64,000 nt of DNA from Octopus sinensis (lineage: Eukaryota), in the NCBI RefSeq assembly GCF_006345805.1, contig NC_043003.1, positions 64,480,001-64,544,000 of the forward strand, written 5' to 3'. Positions 49,514 through 62,146 of the stretch are shown piece after piece. The position numbers and the translations under genes were made by a program. The notes under the pieces are model-generated. The model was not told the DNA's origin and ran no database searches. It saw only the letters and a list, made by a program, of their open reading frames with translations. Position 1 is the first letter of the stretch, and the number at the start of each line of letters is the position of its first letter.

Positions 49514-51858
49514 TTAATCATCAATGTACTTTCCCTGATTATCTATGACTTACTTCCATCTCTTTACAAGCTTTTTAATCCCATCAATGTAAAACTCTTT
49601 TGGTTTCAAAGCGAAGAACTCGTAAATGTCAGGTTCGACCTCCTCCTGGCTTGTGAAAGTTGTGTCCCCCTAATAATTCTGTAAACTATTAAAGAAATGG
49701 TAGTCTGAAGGAGCAAGGTCGGGAGAATAAGGTGGATGAAGAAATTTTTCCCAATCGACCTCTTCGATCTTCTGTGATGTGATCTTTGCAGTGTAGGGTT
49801 GCGCATTGTCCTGATGAAACGTCACTCGTTTTCGACTCACTAAAGCGGCCCTTTTTTCTTTCAAACCTTCGTTCAAACGCTCTAATTGCTGACAGTAGAC
49901 TTGAGCATTGATTGTTGCATTAGGTGGTAACAATATAAAGTGAATTACGCCTTTGCAATCGCACCAGATAGAGAGAAGAATCTTTTCCTCATGAAGTTCC
50001 CTTCTCAGTTGTGGTTGAGCATTTTCCCTTTTACCAAGCCACTGTTTACGATGTTTTACATTTCGATAGAAAATCCATTTTTCGTCACAAGTCTATCGAA
50101 AATGGGTGAAATGAGATGCCAACTCGGGATTTGCGGTTGCTTTCGGACAATACTTGAGGCACCTATTTTCCAAGTTTAGGAATCTTTCCACGTTGTTGAA
50201 GATGACGATGAACATTTGTATGGTTTGAAGTATGGTTTGCCAATTCTTCAACTGATAATGACGGATTTTCTTCCAGTAATGACTCAAGGAGCTTATCATC
50301 AAACTCAACTGGACGTCCTTTTCGATATTCATCTTCAATTTTGCAAACGATCTCCTGCAAGTTCTTTCATTCAAGCACTTTCCCATAAACTGTGTATGTT
50401 TCGAGTCACTTCGGCTTCAGCGTAACCTTTATTGTACTCATAAAGAATCATATGTGCCTTAAATGCTCCTTGGATACTTCCATGTTGAAAGGGTTTTAAT
50501 CAAAGCAATTTTAGGGTGTCCACGATCTGTGTACATAGAATAAAATCATAACATAAACAAATAAATATAAGAAATAATAATTTTCCTTTTTTACTTTTGT
50601 TTAAATTAAATAAAAAAAATACTCTACTTTTCTAAATTTATTTGTTATTTTTTCTACAGATGATCGAATGATTGCTCTGTCTAAAGAAGAAAGAATCGAG
50701 TTAGTATTATTAAGTGGACGAGAGGGATGGTCTTACGCAAAATTGCGGAAGAATTTAATCTTTGACACCCTTATAGGCAACCTATTTATTTTACTGCCGT
50801 CGGGAAATTGATGAAGAAATTTAAAGAAACAGGCAGTGTTTTGGATAAACCCCGTTCCGGGCGACCAAAGACTTCAGATGAAACGAAAGAGGCTGTCATG
50901 GCTAAAGTTTCTGCTAGCCCAAAGAAATCACTTCGTCGGACATACACGGTGTTAGGTGTTCCAAAACCAACCATCCTCAAAATGCTGGTTGAGGAAAAGT
51001 TTCATCGATACAACCTACAGATATTGCATCACTTAAATGAAGACGACCCTGACAGAAGAATGTAGGCGTGCGAATGGCTTTCAGATAAATTGGATGAAAA
51101 TATCAATTTTACGAAAAACTTTGTGTTGTTCAGTGACAAACAGCAAGGCAGCAAAAAGGTGATAGTGTGGTGTGGTTTGTGGAAAGCTCTTGTTCTAGGA
51201 CCCTTCTTCATTGAACATGTAACGGATGAGACCTCATGTAAACATATTGAGAGACAAATTAATATCTCAAATTGAGCGCCTAGGCGAGGGCCTTCCGAAT
51301 TGGTTTCAGCAGGATGGGGCCCCTACCCATTTTGCCACAACTGTTAGAGATTGGCTTCATGACACTTTTCCTCACTGGATTGAAAGAAGGGCTCATATGA
51401 GAAGGTCCCCTCGTTCACCAGACCTTTCTCCCCTTGATTTCTTTTTCTGGGATATGTTGAAAGAGAAAGATTACAATAAAGATTACAGATTTAAAACATA
51501 TGAGAGAACGCATTACCAGTCAGTGTGCTGAAATTGATGGCAATGTAGACTTATTTAATCAAGTTCACCTGAATTTTGCAAGGCGCATCAAGTTAGGCAT
51601 TGAAAAATGATGGAAATCACTTTGAAAATATTATTTATTAGCATTATAATTAAATAAAATTGTTTTGTTTTAAAAGTATGTGTTAATCCCCATGTGGACA
51701 CCCTCTATTATTTTGTAAAACAATATTGAATTAGTTTAAACGTACACAAATGCATAATAATAATTTTTAATTGAATTAGACATTTGAAAATACTATTAAA
51801 TTTCATTCAAATCTAAAAAAAAGGTAAAGTTGGACAGAACTGATTGGATGACTTGATA
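49514..51858 (-). mobile_element. Decayed mariner (DD34D); coding relic 49514-50483, 5' UTR split by a nested element
   Basis: MEVSKEHLRH.., FHQDNAQPYT..HPPYSPDLAPSDYHFF, GKYIDD*; TIR-like TATCAAGTCATCCAATCAGTTCTGTCC at 51832-51858. Confidence 0.85.
50511..51707 (+). mobile_element. Decayed DD41D-like (rosa/Visitor-type) Tc1/mariner-superfamily element
   Basis: TIRs AGGGTGTCCAC / GTGGACACCCT; KFKETGSVLDKPRSGRP, VWCGL..GPFF, FQQDGAPTH..RSPDLSPLDFFFW with 40 residues between the last two D. Confidence 0.85.
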
Positions 51859-52941
51859 TATATAATCTATGATATTCTAGTAGGTTTCAAGTTTGTACCA
51901 CCTTGATATCTCATGTTATCTCATTTTATATGGCTAAGACGTTTATTTTCTATTCTGGTTTTTATATATTTCTATACATTATATTTGTATCTATAATTTA
52001 TTTTAAGCCGAAACATAATACGATCCTTGTACAAACGAAAGAACAAGAATGTCCTCTGGAGCTTTTATCTTCCACCGGTGTTTGTAATCGATGGTGACAT
52101 GTGCGATGATTTTGCGACTATCTTATATTTTACAGAGAAATTGGAATCCCCGAATGTAAGCCACCACTTTATGCATAATACAATATTTATAGTTCTCTAT
52201 TTCTAACTCAAATTCTGTCCTCAATAATTATAGATCTATTTCTAAATGTAATTCTTTTTCTTCTCGTTCAGTTTATAACGATAACACGCATTCTTGTCTG
52301 TCTCTTGACAAAGCTTTTCTTCTCCAGCGTTCACCACTTCACCTCGTTTGGGTTAAACAGCTCTTACCGAATGTTTCCACTGTCCTGTTTTTGTTAGTAG
52401 CTTTGACGTTCCACGTATCTCATTTTATTTAATTTGCTTCGGGGGAGCAATTGCTTTGACGAAGACGCATCTTGTTGCACTGCTCGCAATGCGGAATAGG
52501 TAAATCTGCCAACAATTGAGAAGGGTAGTTTTTTTTATGCTGCCTTCGCGCTATAGTTCTCAATATATGATGGAAATTCTCCCAACCCAACCCGACCCGA
52601 CCCGTTTGTAATAGTCCCCCAGAGCGAGCTCTGGTCGCCATAGCGTCGACTGTGGGCTGGTAGCTGTGTACAGTCGCCCCAACGTCTCAGGGACATGTGA
52701 CAGCAGCAGCGAGAAGATGCCAAATAATGTAGGTGCAAGGACACAACCTTGCTTTATCTCGTTTTTTTATTTGGAAGCTGGCTGATATTGAACCATTGTG
52801 CTGTATGGTGCCTTGCATACCATCATAGAAAGATTTGATGATCCTCAGTAGTACCAGATTATCTTCGCAATTTCGACTGATTATACCTGAATTCGCTCCA
52901 ATCTGACCAGCCCCAAGGAAAAACTAAGCTAAAAGCATTAG

Positions 52942-53044
<103 letters not shown>

Positions 53045-53740
53045 CAAAAATAATTGCCGTTGGAAAGGAAGACAGACAGACAGACAAACATTTTACAGCC
53101 TATAACATTTCAGGAAATGAATTCTGGATTTGCCAAAACCTCTTCTTTTCCAGCCTTGTATACAACCATATCGAAAAGCTATAACCTCATATGATGTTGG
53201 TTCCACACACCTTGTGTCTTGCCTGCTATTTATCTAAACTGTATTTCAAAATTCGCATCGTCATTTTTGGCGTTTCTTCAAATCTAATTCCTATACACAT
53301 TCACAAGTAGCGCACACATACACACACCCACAGATATATGTACACATATACACAAACATACACACACACACACACACACATACATACATACATACATACA
53401 TACATACACATACACGCAGATTTACATGCACGGGCACACATATACACACATGCAGATTCACATACACAGACGCACATTTACACAGATACGCACTCACACG
53501 CGAATACACAATACAACACACACACACACACACACACACCACACACACTTATTTATATATATACACACACATAAGTAGTAAGGGAATTAAAAAAATATTT
53601 TATGAAAAAGTTATAAAATCTTTTATCAAGATGCTGCTGACCTTATTTGGAAGAAGTTTTTTTTTCCTAGTGTGTGTGTGAGCGCTTTCGATTAACCTTT
53701 TCAAACACACGTGCTCTTGGTTAATATATGAAAGAGGAAG

Positions 53741-53789
<49 letters not shown>

Positions 53790-54173
53790 GGACAAAATAT
53801 ATATATATATATAATGTCGGACAAAATATATATATATATACAAACATAAGTACATATAACACACATACACACCCATACACATACATACACAAACGCGGAT
53901 CCCAGACAATAGGTATATAATAGATATATTATTGTCAGTTGTACTGATGAACCGATGTACCCGATACCCTTCCGGAAGAGAGAAGCGTGGTTGGAGTTGC
54001 GGGAGGGAAGTAGATAGACAATTTCATTTCCTCCATTAATACACATTTGAGATGTTTGAACCACACATGTAGATAGTTTGCATTTTATCAACCTCGTATG
54101 GCTAATGTCGAACAAAATTAAGTTTGTCGAATGTGCGACTCGGTTTCGATTCCATCCATTTCTCATATACCGT

Positions 54174-54558
54174 GTGGAAGCACTCCGTCGGTTACGACGA
54201 TGAGGGTTCCGGTTGATCCGAATCAACGGAACAGCCTGCTCGTGAAATTAACGTGTAAGTGGCTGAACAACTCCACAGACACGTGCACCCTTAACGTAGT
54301 TCTCGGGGATATTCAGCGTGACACAGAGAGTGACAAGGCCGGCCCCTTGAAATACAGGTACAACAGAAACAGGAAGTAAGAGTGAGACAAAGTTGTGGTG
54401 AAAGAGTACAGCAGGGATCACCACCATCCCTGCCGGAGCCTCGTGGAGCTTTTAGGTGTTTTCGCTCAATAAACACTCACAACGCCCGGTCTGGGAATCG
54501 AAACCGCGATCCTATGACTGCGAGTCCGCTGCCCTAACCACTGAGCCATTGCGCCTCC
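54174..54558 (-). mobile_element. SINE family C, full length
   Basis: Near-identical to 3262-3621; 12-bp TSD TTCTCATATACC (54160-54171 / 54563-54574). Confidence 0.92.
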
Positions 54559-54640
54559 ACGATTCTCATATACCATTAGTATCTTTCTAAAAACATAAAA
54601 CTGAGCCGAACATACATACACACGTGTATGATAAAAAGGA

Positions 54641-54797
54641 AACCAAATGTTGGTCTTTCGATATTTTGAATGCATTTAATATACGTGTTTCGAATAATCA
54701 AGTAAGAAAGCAATTATTATGTAAGAAATCTCTTACATAATTACTCGAAACACATGCATTAAATGCATTTAAAATATCAAAACACCAGCATTTGGTT
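54641..54797. repeat. Imperfect 157-bp fold-back with inner hairpin
   Basis: aaccaaatgttggt...gtgtttcgaataat pairs with attactcgaaacac...accagcatttggtt; inner TTATGTAAGA/TCTTACATAA. Confidence 0.8.
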
Positions 54798-54836
54798 GTG
54801 TCCATATTATAAACCGATTATAGACTCCATTTAAGA

Positions 54837-54873
54837 ATATCTGAAGAAGGAATATTATTCCGAAATATAATAT
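54837..54873 (+). ncRNA. Minimal type I hammerhead ribozyme, intact core
   Basis: ATAT-CTGAAGA-A-GGAAT/ATT/ATTCC-GAAA-TA-TA-ATAT. Confidence 0.6.
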
Positions 54874-55460
54874 CAGACTACCGATGACTAAATTACAATA
54901 GGTATATAGCCCATTGTCTGTATTATAATGCATTGCTGTACCATTCACAACTTTTTATTCTTTACAAACAATACACGATGCTTCAAGCGAACTTCAATAC
55001 TCTCCTATATTAAATAACACTCTTCCATAACAACGGCTCGATTAATATAACAATGATTACGGAGTGAAATGTTTTACTGAACCCGAATAAAACAATTCTG
55101 GTAAAGTATATCACATCAACGCATAGCCCTATACATGCATGCATGCATGCATACATGCATACATGCATACATACATACATACATACATACATACATACAT
55201 ACATACATACATACATAAAAGGCAAACTGAATCAACCAACAGATTCGCTCATTACAATACAATATGTAAGCGGAACAGTAAAGCTATGCAAAACTTTTCT
55301 CAGGTTTAAAATGTGACATTGTTTTCGTTATCTACTTTCTAAAGATGGAGCACGTTCTTCAGAGGAAGAATTTTAATGATTGAAAGCAGAAGATACGTAT
55401 GTATGTATGTATGTATGTATGTATGTATGTATGTTATGTATGTATGTATGTATGTATGTA

Positions 55461-55594
55461 TAGGTTAGAAACCTGTTCTTTCTCTATTGCTAAGAAATCT
55501 TGAAATAAACTGAATAATCACGTACGTATGTATGTCATTATTCAGTTTATTTCAAGATTTCTTAGCAATAGAGAAAGAACAGGTTTCTAACCTA
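55461..55594. repeat. Perfect 58-bp inverted repeat with 18-bp spacer
   Basis: 55461-55518 is the exact reverse complement of 55537-55594; adjacent to (TATG)n. Confidence 0.92.
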
Positions 55595-55987
55595 GATCCA
55601 AAGCTCCTTCATTCAAATTTCAACATCAACAGGGTAATTTTGTTTGTCTTCGTTTATTCTTTTACTTGTTTCAATCATTTAACTGCGGCCATGCTGGATC
55701 ACGGCATTTAGTCGAGCAAATCGTTCCCTTTTTTGATTGTTGATGGATCATTGCGACTAGATTAATTTAATTTATTTCAATTATTTTTCCCTTTAATTTT
55801 GAATGACTAAATCGTCTTTTAAAAACGATTGAAACCGATAGCATATTCTGATAAAAATGTAAATACTTTTTGTTCTTGATAACTTTCTCAAAGGCCTTTT
55901 CTTGTTATTGTTAGTACTCTCTCTCTCACACAAACAAACACACACACATATCGCACACACACCACACACACACATATATACACAGAC

Positions 55988-56018
<31 letters not shown>

Positions 56019-56112
56019 TGTATGTATGTATGTATGTATGTATGTATCTATCTATCGTCTGTCTCTCTCTCTCTCTCTCTAGATATATATATCTAGAGAG
56101 AAAGCGAGAGAG

Positions 56113-56169
<57 letters not shown>

Positions 56170-56634
56170 GAGCAAAGCACAATAAGTCTGGCACCCCATT
56201 ATTTCAGACATTTCCCACCATCTTCTATATATATATGTATATTAATCCGTACAAGTATGTACCTGCTCTTGTTTCGGTCTGCAGCAATTCTGGTCGTTAT
56301 GGATAAAATATATATAAAATAGGATTATAAAATAGTAATATATTTTACAAAACAAAAGGATTGGTCGAAAATAAATTATATGTGTTAAACGTTAATTGAA
56401 ATAAGTTATTATGAGGGTCATGAACAAATGGTGGTATTAAGCTGTTCTATAGCAGCAGCAGCAGCAACAACGACTAGTGTTACTACTTCCACCACCAATA
56501 CTACTACTGCTGCTACCACCATCGCCATTACTACTACTACTATAACCCAATCACCATCGCTACAACTACAGCGGCCATCTCTATATCTTCACTACCAGCT
56601 CCACCACCATCATCATCAACAACAAACTCTACTA

Positions 56635-56842
56635 CCAAATTTTGGCACAAGGCCAGCAATTTTAAGGGATGGTGTAAGTCGATTGCAACGATCTCTGACC
56701 TCAACTGGTACTTAATTTATCGGCCCCAAAAGGATGAATGCCGAAGTCGACCTCTGCGGAATTTGAACTCGGAACTTAAAGACGCACAAAATGCTGCTAA
56801 GCATTTCGCCCGGTGCGCTAACGATTCTGCCAGTTCACCACC
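56635..56842 (-). mobile_element. SINE family A copy within ACC/ATC-rich low-complexity DNA
   Basis: Tail aaattttggcacaaggcc, central domain and head complement. Confidence 0.85.
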
Positions 56843-56849
56843 GTAGCTC

Positions 56850-57655
56850 CACCAAACACATTGAAACGACTACACTTAGACTATCAACCCTATCACCACC
56901 ACAACCACCACCATCGCCAATATCATCACCATCACCACCAGCATCGCCACCACCATCGCCAACATCGCCACAATCGTCAGCACCATCACCACCATCACTC
57001 CCACCACCACCACCATCATCGCCACCAACACCGTCACCACCATCACCATATCGCCACCACCATCACTATCATCATCGCCATCATCATCATCACCATCATC
57101 ACCATCGGTGTCATCACCAGCATCATCGCTACCAATGAAAGGAGCCAAAAATAGAACCCCTCCACCACCACAGCCACCACTAATACTAACATAAAAACAA
57201 CACTAGCACCACCAGCACTAGCGCAGTACATACCACCACCACCACCATCACAATCACACCACCACCACTACAAACACCACAAACACCTAAACCAGCACCA
57301 GCAGCCCAACCAGTAGCAGCACCACCACCATCTACCACCACTGCCACCACCGCCACCACCACAAAAAGCAAAACCACCTCAACCACCCACCCCAACACCA
57401 CCAACCACTCCACCAATAACACCAAAACCACTTCCCTCTTCATGGCTACCGCATGTACCACCAGCACCACCACCAGCACCACCACCGTTACCACAAAACG
57501 CAAACCACCACCATTACCACAAAAAGCAAAACCTCCACAACCACCCACCCCGCCACTCCATCACCAACACCAAAACCATTTCCCTCTTCATGGCTACCGC
57601 ATGCACCACCACCGCCACCGCCACCACCACCGCCACCACCATCACCACCTCTTAT
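56850..57655. repeat. (ACC/ATC)-rich degenerate microsatellite with internal tandem duplication of about 155 bp
   Basis: acaaaaagcaaaacc and ccctcttcatggctaccgcatg each occur twice, about 155 bp apart. Confidence 0.85.
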
Positions 57656-57912
57656 CTTACAAGCACAAGGCAATTATCTTCTTTTCCTGTGAAAGTATAC
57701 GAGAATGAGTGTTATGAAGGCCAATGCTTAGAAAGTCATTTACTATCGTTTTAACGACTTCAATTTTACTAATAACTCCTAAGAAAAAACGCAAACCTTT
57801 GACAGAACAGCAAATAATCTCAACGCATTAAACAATATCCATTTGAATGTTTACTAATAAAATCACGAAATGTCACAGCATGTCGCAAAATATACGTAGA
57901 TGGATTCCCGTA

Positions 57913-58063
57913 GGCACAGGAGTGGCAGTGTGGTAAGAAACCACATGGTTTCGGGTTCAGTCCCACTGCATGCCACTTTGGGCAAGTGTCTTCTTCTATA
58001 GAGTCGGGCCGACCAAAGCTTTGTGAGTGGATTTGGTAGACGGAAGCTGAAAGAAGCTCGTCG
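57913..58063 (+). mobile_element. SINE family B 5' half
   Basis: ggcacaggagtggcagtgtggtaag...gggttcagtcccactg...gggcaagtgtctt. Confidence 0.85.
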
Positions 58064-58429
58064 TACATATATATGTATAAGTATATATGTGTATGTGTGT
58101 GTGTGTGTGTGTATGTGTGAACGAAAAATTAATTCTAAAAATTGGAAAAAATTAATTATAATACAATATTGATATTAAAAAAAAATTACAAGTTTTTTTT
58201 GTGGGGGGGGGATTCATTTCAAGACAACACAATATGACACTGAGGGAACGTTTGGGGAAGATAGTCAGTGAGATAAATTATTACAGGCGAAAGGAATGTA
58301 CTTATATGAACAGTTGGACATACGATTTACATGATGTAACCAGGTCTTCGCACACACACATGCATGAAGACTTTAATACATATGAAATACATATACGCAT
58401 GCATACATACATACATACATACATACATA

Positions 58430-58440
58430 CATAACATTAC

Positions 58441-58491
<51 letters not shown>

Positions 58492-58545
58492 AAATGTAAA
58501 TACACACACACACACATGTATGTATATGTATACAAATATATATAC

Positions 58546-58578
<33 letters not shown>

Positions 58579-58892
58579 GATACATATATATATATATACA
58601 TATATATATATATCTATATATCTATACTATACATATATATATATATATACATTACATATTATATATATATCTATACATATATTATAGATATATATAGATA
58701 TATATATATATACCTACATATATATATATACATAGAGATATATCCATATATATATATATATATATATATATACCTACATACATATATATATATACATATA
58801 TATATATGTGATATATATATATACATACTACATATATATATACATATATATATATATACATACATACTATATATATACATATATATATATAC

Positions 58893-58933
<41 letters not shown>

Positions 58934-58941
58934 ACATATAC

Positions 58942-58975
<34 letters not shown>

Positions 58976-58987
58976 ATATTATACATA

Positions 58988-59023
<36 letters not shown>

Positions 59024-59073
59024 CATATATATATATTATATATATACATATATATATATATATACATATATAG

Positions 59074-59117
<44 letters not shown>

Positions 59118-59181
59118 TATATATATATCTATATATATATATATATTATATATATATATATAGATCTACATATATATATAT

Positions 59182-59238
<57 letters not shown>
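58430..59238. repeat. About 800-bp interrupted (TA)n block
   Basis: Directly visible. It explains the poly-IY ORFs. Confidence 0.95.
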
Positions 59239-59241
<3 letters not shown>

Positions 59242-60201
59242 CCAGAAACATGCATGTCTTCAGTTTGCTAGACCTAGCTGGTGTGGGTGCTTGACTCCCC
59301 TTTGCAATATAAGGACACAGGAAATGTGTCAAAGCCGACAGGAAGCGTCGATGCTTCATTGGGCTATATAGCGGTGGTGTAATTCCCTTTATGGGATTGT
59401 CACGTTATGTTGACATTATACAACCACTCCATATAGGGAGAGTTTACGAAAACGACAAAAGACGAACAAACAGATGTGTTAGTATAACGCTCTCTCTCTC
59501 TCTCTCTCTCAATATATATATATATATATATATATATACGTATGTGTACATGTGCTTGTGAGGTTGCGTAAGAAAACCTAATCGTTTAACTCGGAACTTA
59601 AGAATTCAAAAGAATTCTTCGCTAAATACAGAGTATAAGAGTTCTATTCAATCTTCTCTTACAAAATGCATAATATTTCAGCTATTACCAACGCTGTCTT
59701 AAAGAATGTTAGCTAAGCGCTAATCTTTCTTAATTACACCACTCAAACATGCTGTATTTATTTCTGTTGTTAAAAATCTTCGTAAAGAACAAAACCCACC
59801 TTTTCACACAACAGACTAAACTATTTTATGCTTGTTGTGTTTTTTATGTCTCAGATAACACCCAAACATAAAGTTAAAATGTCACCTTGTTTACGAAAGA
59901 ATCTTCCATTGGGACATTAAGAATTTTTTTTATATCGTGAGTTATCTTTTCATGACTGTTTTATTTTCACTTCGTGAATGTATAATACAATGTTCAATCT
60001 ATCTATTTTGTGTTCTTTTCTTACTATTTACACGTACCGCTGAGTAACTTTAATCATAGAGCGGTCAATGTAGACAACCAATGAACGAACAAGTGGTAAA
60101 ATTTTCAATCAAATCCTTAAAATCCTTAAAAATGTTTTAGCCCGAAGACTGCGGCCATGCTGGGGCACCACCGCTGGGGCACCAATTGTGTAGCATACTA
60201 T

Positions 60202-60580
60202 TTTACTCTTTTACTTGTTTCAGTCATTTGACTGCGGCTATGCTGGAGCACCGCCTTTAAGTCGAGCAGATCGACCCCAGGACTTATTTTTGTAAGCCTA
60301 GTATTTATTCCATCACGCCCTTTTGCTGAACCGCTAAGTTACTGGGACGTAAACACACCGTTGGCAAGCGATGTTGGGGGGACAAACACAGACATACAAA
60401 TATATGCACATACATATATATATATGCATATATATACACAAATATACGACAGGCTTCTTTCAGTTTCCGTCTACCAAATCCAATCACAAGGCTTTGGTTG
60501 ACCCGAGGCTATAGTAGAAGACACTTGCCCAAGGTACCACGCAGTGGGACTGAATCCAGAACTATGTGGTTCGTAAGCAA
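60202..60580 (-). mobile_element. SINE family B (head truncated), followed by an inverted tail fragment at 60590-60665
   Basis: Body and tail match 23105-23497; a second tail copy lies on the + strand. Confidence 0.88.
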
Positions 60581-61159
60581 AAGGGCGCGATGGAATAAGT
60601 ACTAGGCCGTGCTCCAGCATGGCCGCAGTCAAATGACTGAAACAAGTAAAAGAGTACAAGAGTATACGTGTATATGTATGCCCTTGTATAACATATATAA
60701 TTATATTTAGTCTTAGTCATGCATCTATACATATCTGCATGTATGTGATTATGGGTACCTAGAGCAATGAATAATATTACAAATCCATCTCTGCTACCAG
60801 CAGTTATAAACTTCGCCACTGCTGACAGAATTACAGAACTGGAAATCATAATGTTTTTAATTCGTAAATCATTTTCTCAACATAATATATGATGTAACAC
60901 ATAGCTTTCACTTGTTTTATAAAATGCTATAAATTAGTGTTTCTATATTCTCTTCCCTAATCGTCCGAATTTCCTCGTATTTCTGTTTCAGTATTATAAA
61001 TCTCAAAAGTAATAAATAAAAATTTTTTTGAAAATTTATTTTTTCCTTGATTTGTAGGACTCATAATTCCACTTACCCTGTTCCAATGGCGTGTACGTGA
61101 CCAACATCTCAACATTCTCCTTGAACGGACACCGGTCCGTTGAAGAGTTCAAGATCAGT

Positions 61160-61350
61160 AATTTGTGAGGGGAGAGGAGAAGTTGATTACATCCACTCCT
61201 ATACATGACTGGTGCTTGATTTTATCAACCTCTAAAGAGAGGAAAAGTAAAGTCGATCTCTGCTGGATTTGAACTCAGGACGTAAAAACCTGGAAGAAAG
61301 GCTCCTAAGCATTTCGTCCAGTGTGTTAACAATTCTGCCAGCTCGCCGCC
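61160..61350 (-). mobile_element. SINE family A, head-to-head with the following array
   Basis: The head complement ...gccagctcgccgcc ends about 30 bp before the next head. Confidence 0.8.
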
Positions 61351-61381
61351 TTGCCACGCTTAATATAATATTAATAAGAGA

Positions 61382-62146
61382 CGGCGAGCTGGCAGAAACG
61401 TTAACACGCCGGGCGAAATGCGTAGCCGTATTTCGTCTGTCGTTACGTTCTGAGTTCAAATTCCGCCGAGGTCGACTTTGCCTTTCATCCTTCCGGGGTC
61501 GATAAATTAAGTACCAGTTACGCACTGGGGTCGATATAATCGACTTAATCTGCCTGTCTGTCTTTGTTTGTCTCCTATGTGTTTAACCCCTTATGAGTAG
61601 TAAAGAAATAGGTATTTCGTCTGCCGCTGAGTTCTGAGTTCAAATTCCACCGAGGTCTACTTTGCCTTTCATCCTTTCGGGGTCGATAAATTATATACCA
61701 GTTACGTACAGGGGTCGATATATTCGACTTAATCCGTTTGTCTGTCCTTGTTTGTCCTCTCTGTGTTTATCCCCTTGTGGGCAGTAAAGAAATAGGTATA
61801 TCATCTGCCGTTACGTTCTGAGTTCAAATTCCGCCGAGGCCGACTTTGCCTTTCATCCTTTCGGGGTCGATAAATTAAGAACCAGTTACGCACTGGGGTC
61901 GATGTAATCGACTTAATCCGTTTGTCTGTCCTTGTTTGTCCCCTCTGTTTAGCCCCTTGTGGGCAATAAAGAAATAAGAAACTTTAGCACGCCGGGCAAA
62001 ATGCTTAGAGGTATTTCGTCTGTCTTTATGTTCTGAGTTCAAATTCCACCGAGGTCGACTTTGCCTTTCATCCTTTCAGGGTCGATCTAATCGACTGGCC
62101 CCCTCCACCAAGAATCTCGGGCCTTGTGCCTAGAGTAGAAAAGAAT
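61382..62146 (+). mobile_element. SINE family A tetramer under one TSD
   Basis: Units restart at 61611, 61795 and about 61977; 16-bp direct repeat AATATAATATTAATAA at 61362-61377 and 62144-62159. Confidence 0.9.

Noticed and set aside
49813-49828. CTGATGAAACGTC
   Set aside because: Antisense of mariner coding sequence (TFHQD); no stem II.
52429-52744. Cys-containing short ORFs and palindrome CAGAGCGAGCTCTG, possible transposon end
   Set aside because: Too little motif evidence to assign a family.
53944-53975. CTGATGA followed by ACCGATGTACCCGATACC
   Set aside because: No stem II closure and no GAAA; not a hammerhead as it stands.
58486-59188. 195-aa and other IY-repeat ORFs
   Set aside because: (TA)n contains no stop codons; not genes. 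The same applies to all CV/HT/RE/LS-repeat ORFs in the track.
60785-61135. Possible minus-strand exons (donor CAGG|GTAAGT at about 61077; FITAGSRDG WD40-like peptide)
   Set aside because: No good acceptor, and no splice phase joins the two pieces into an open, recognisable frame.
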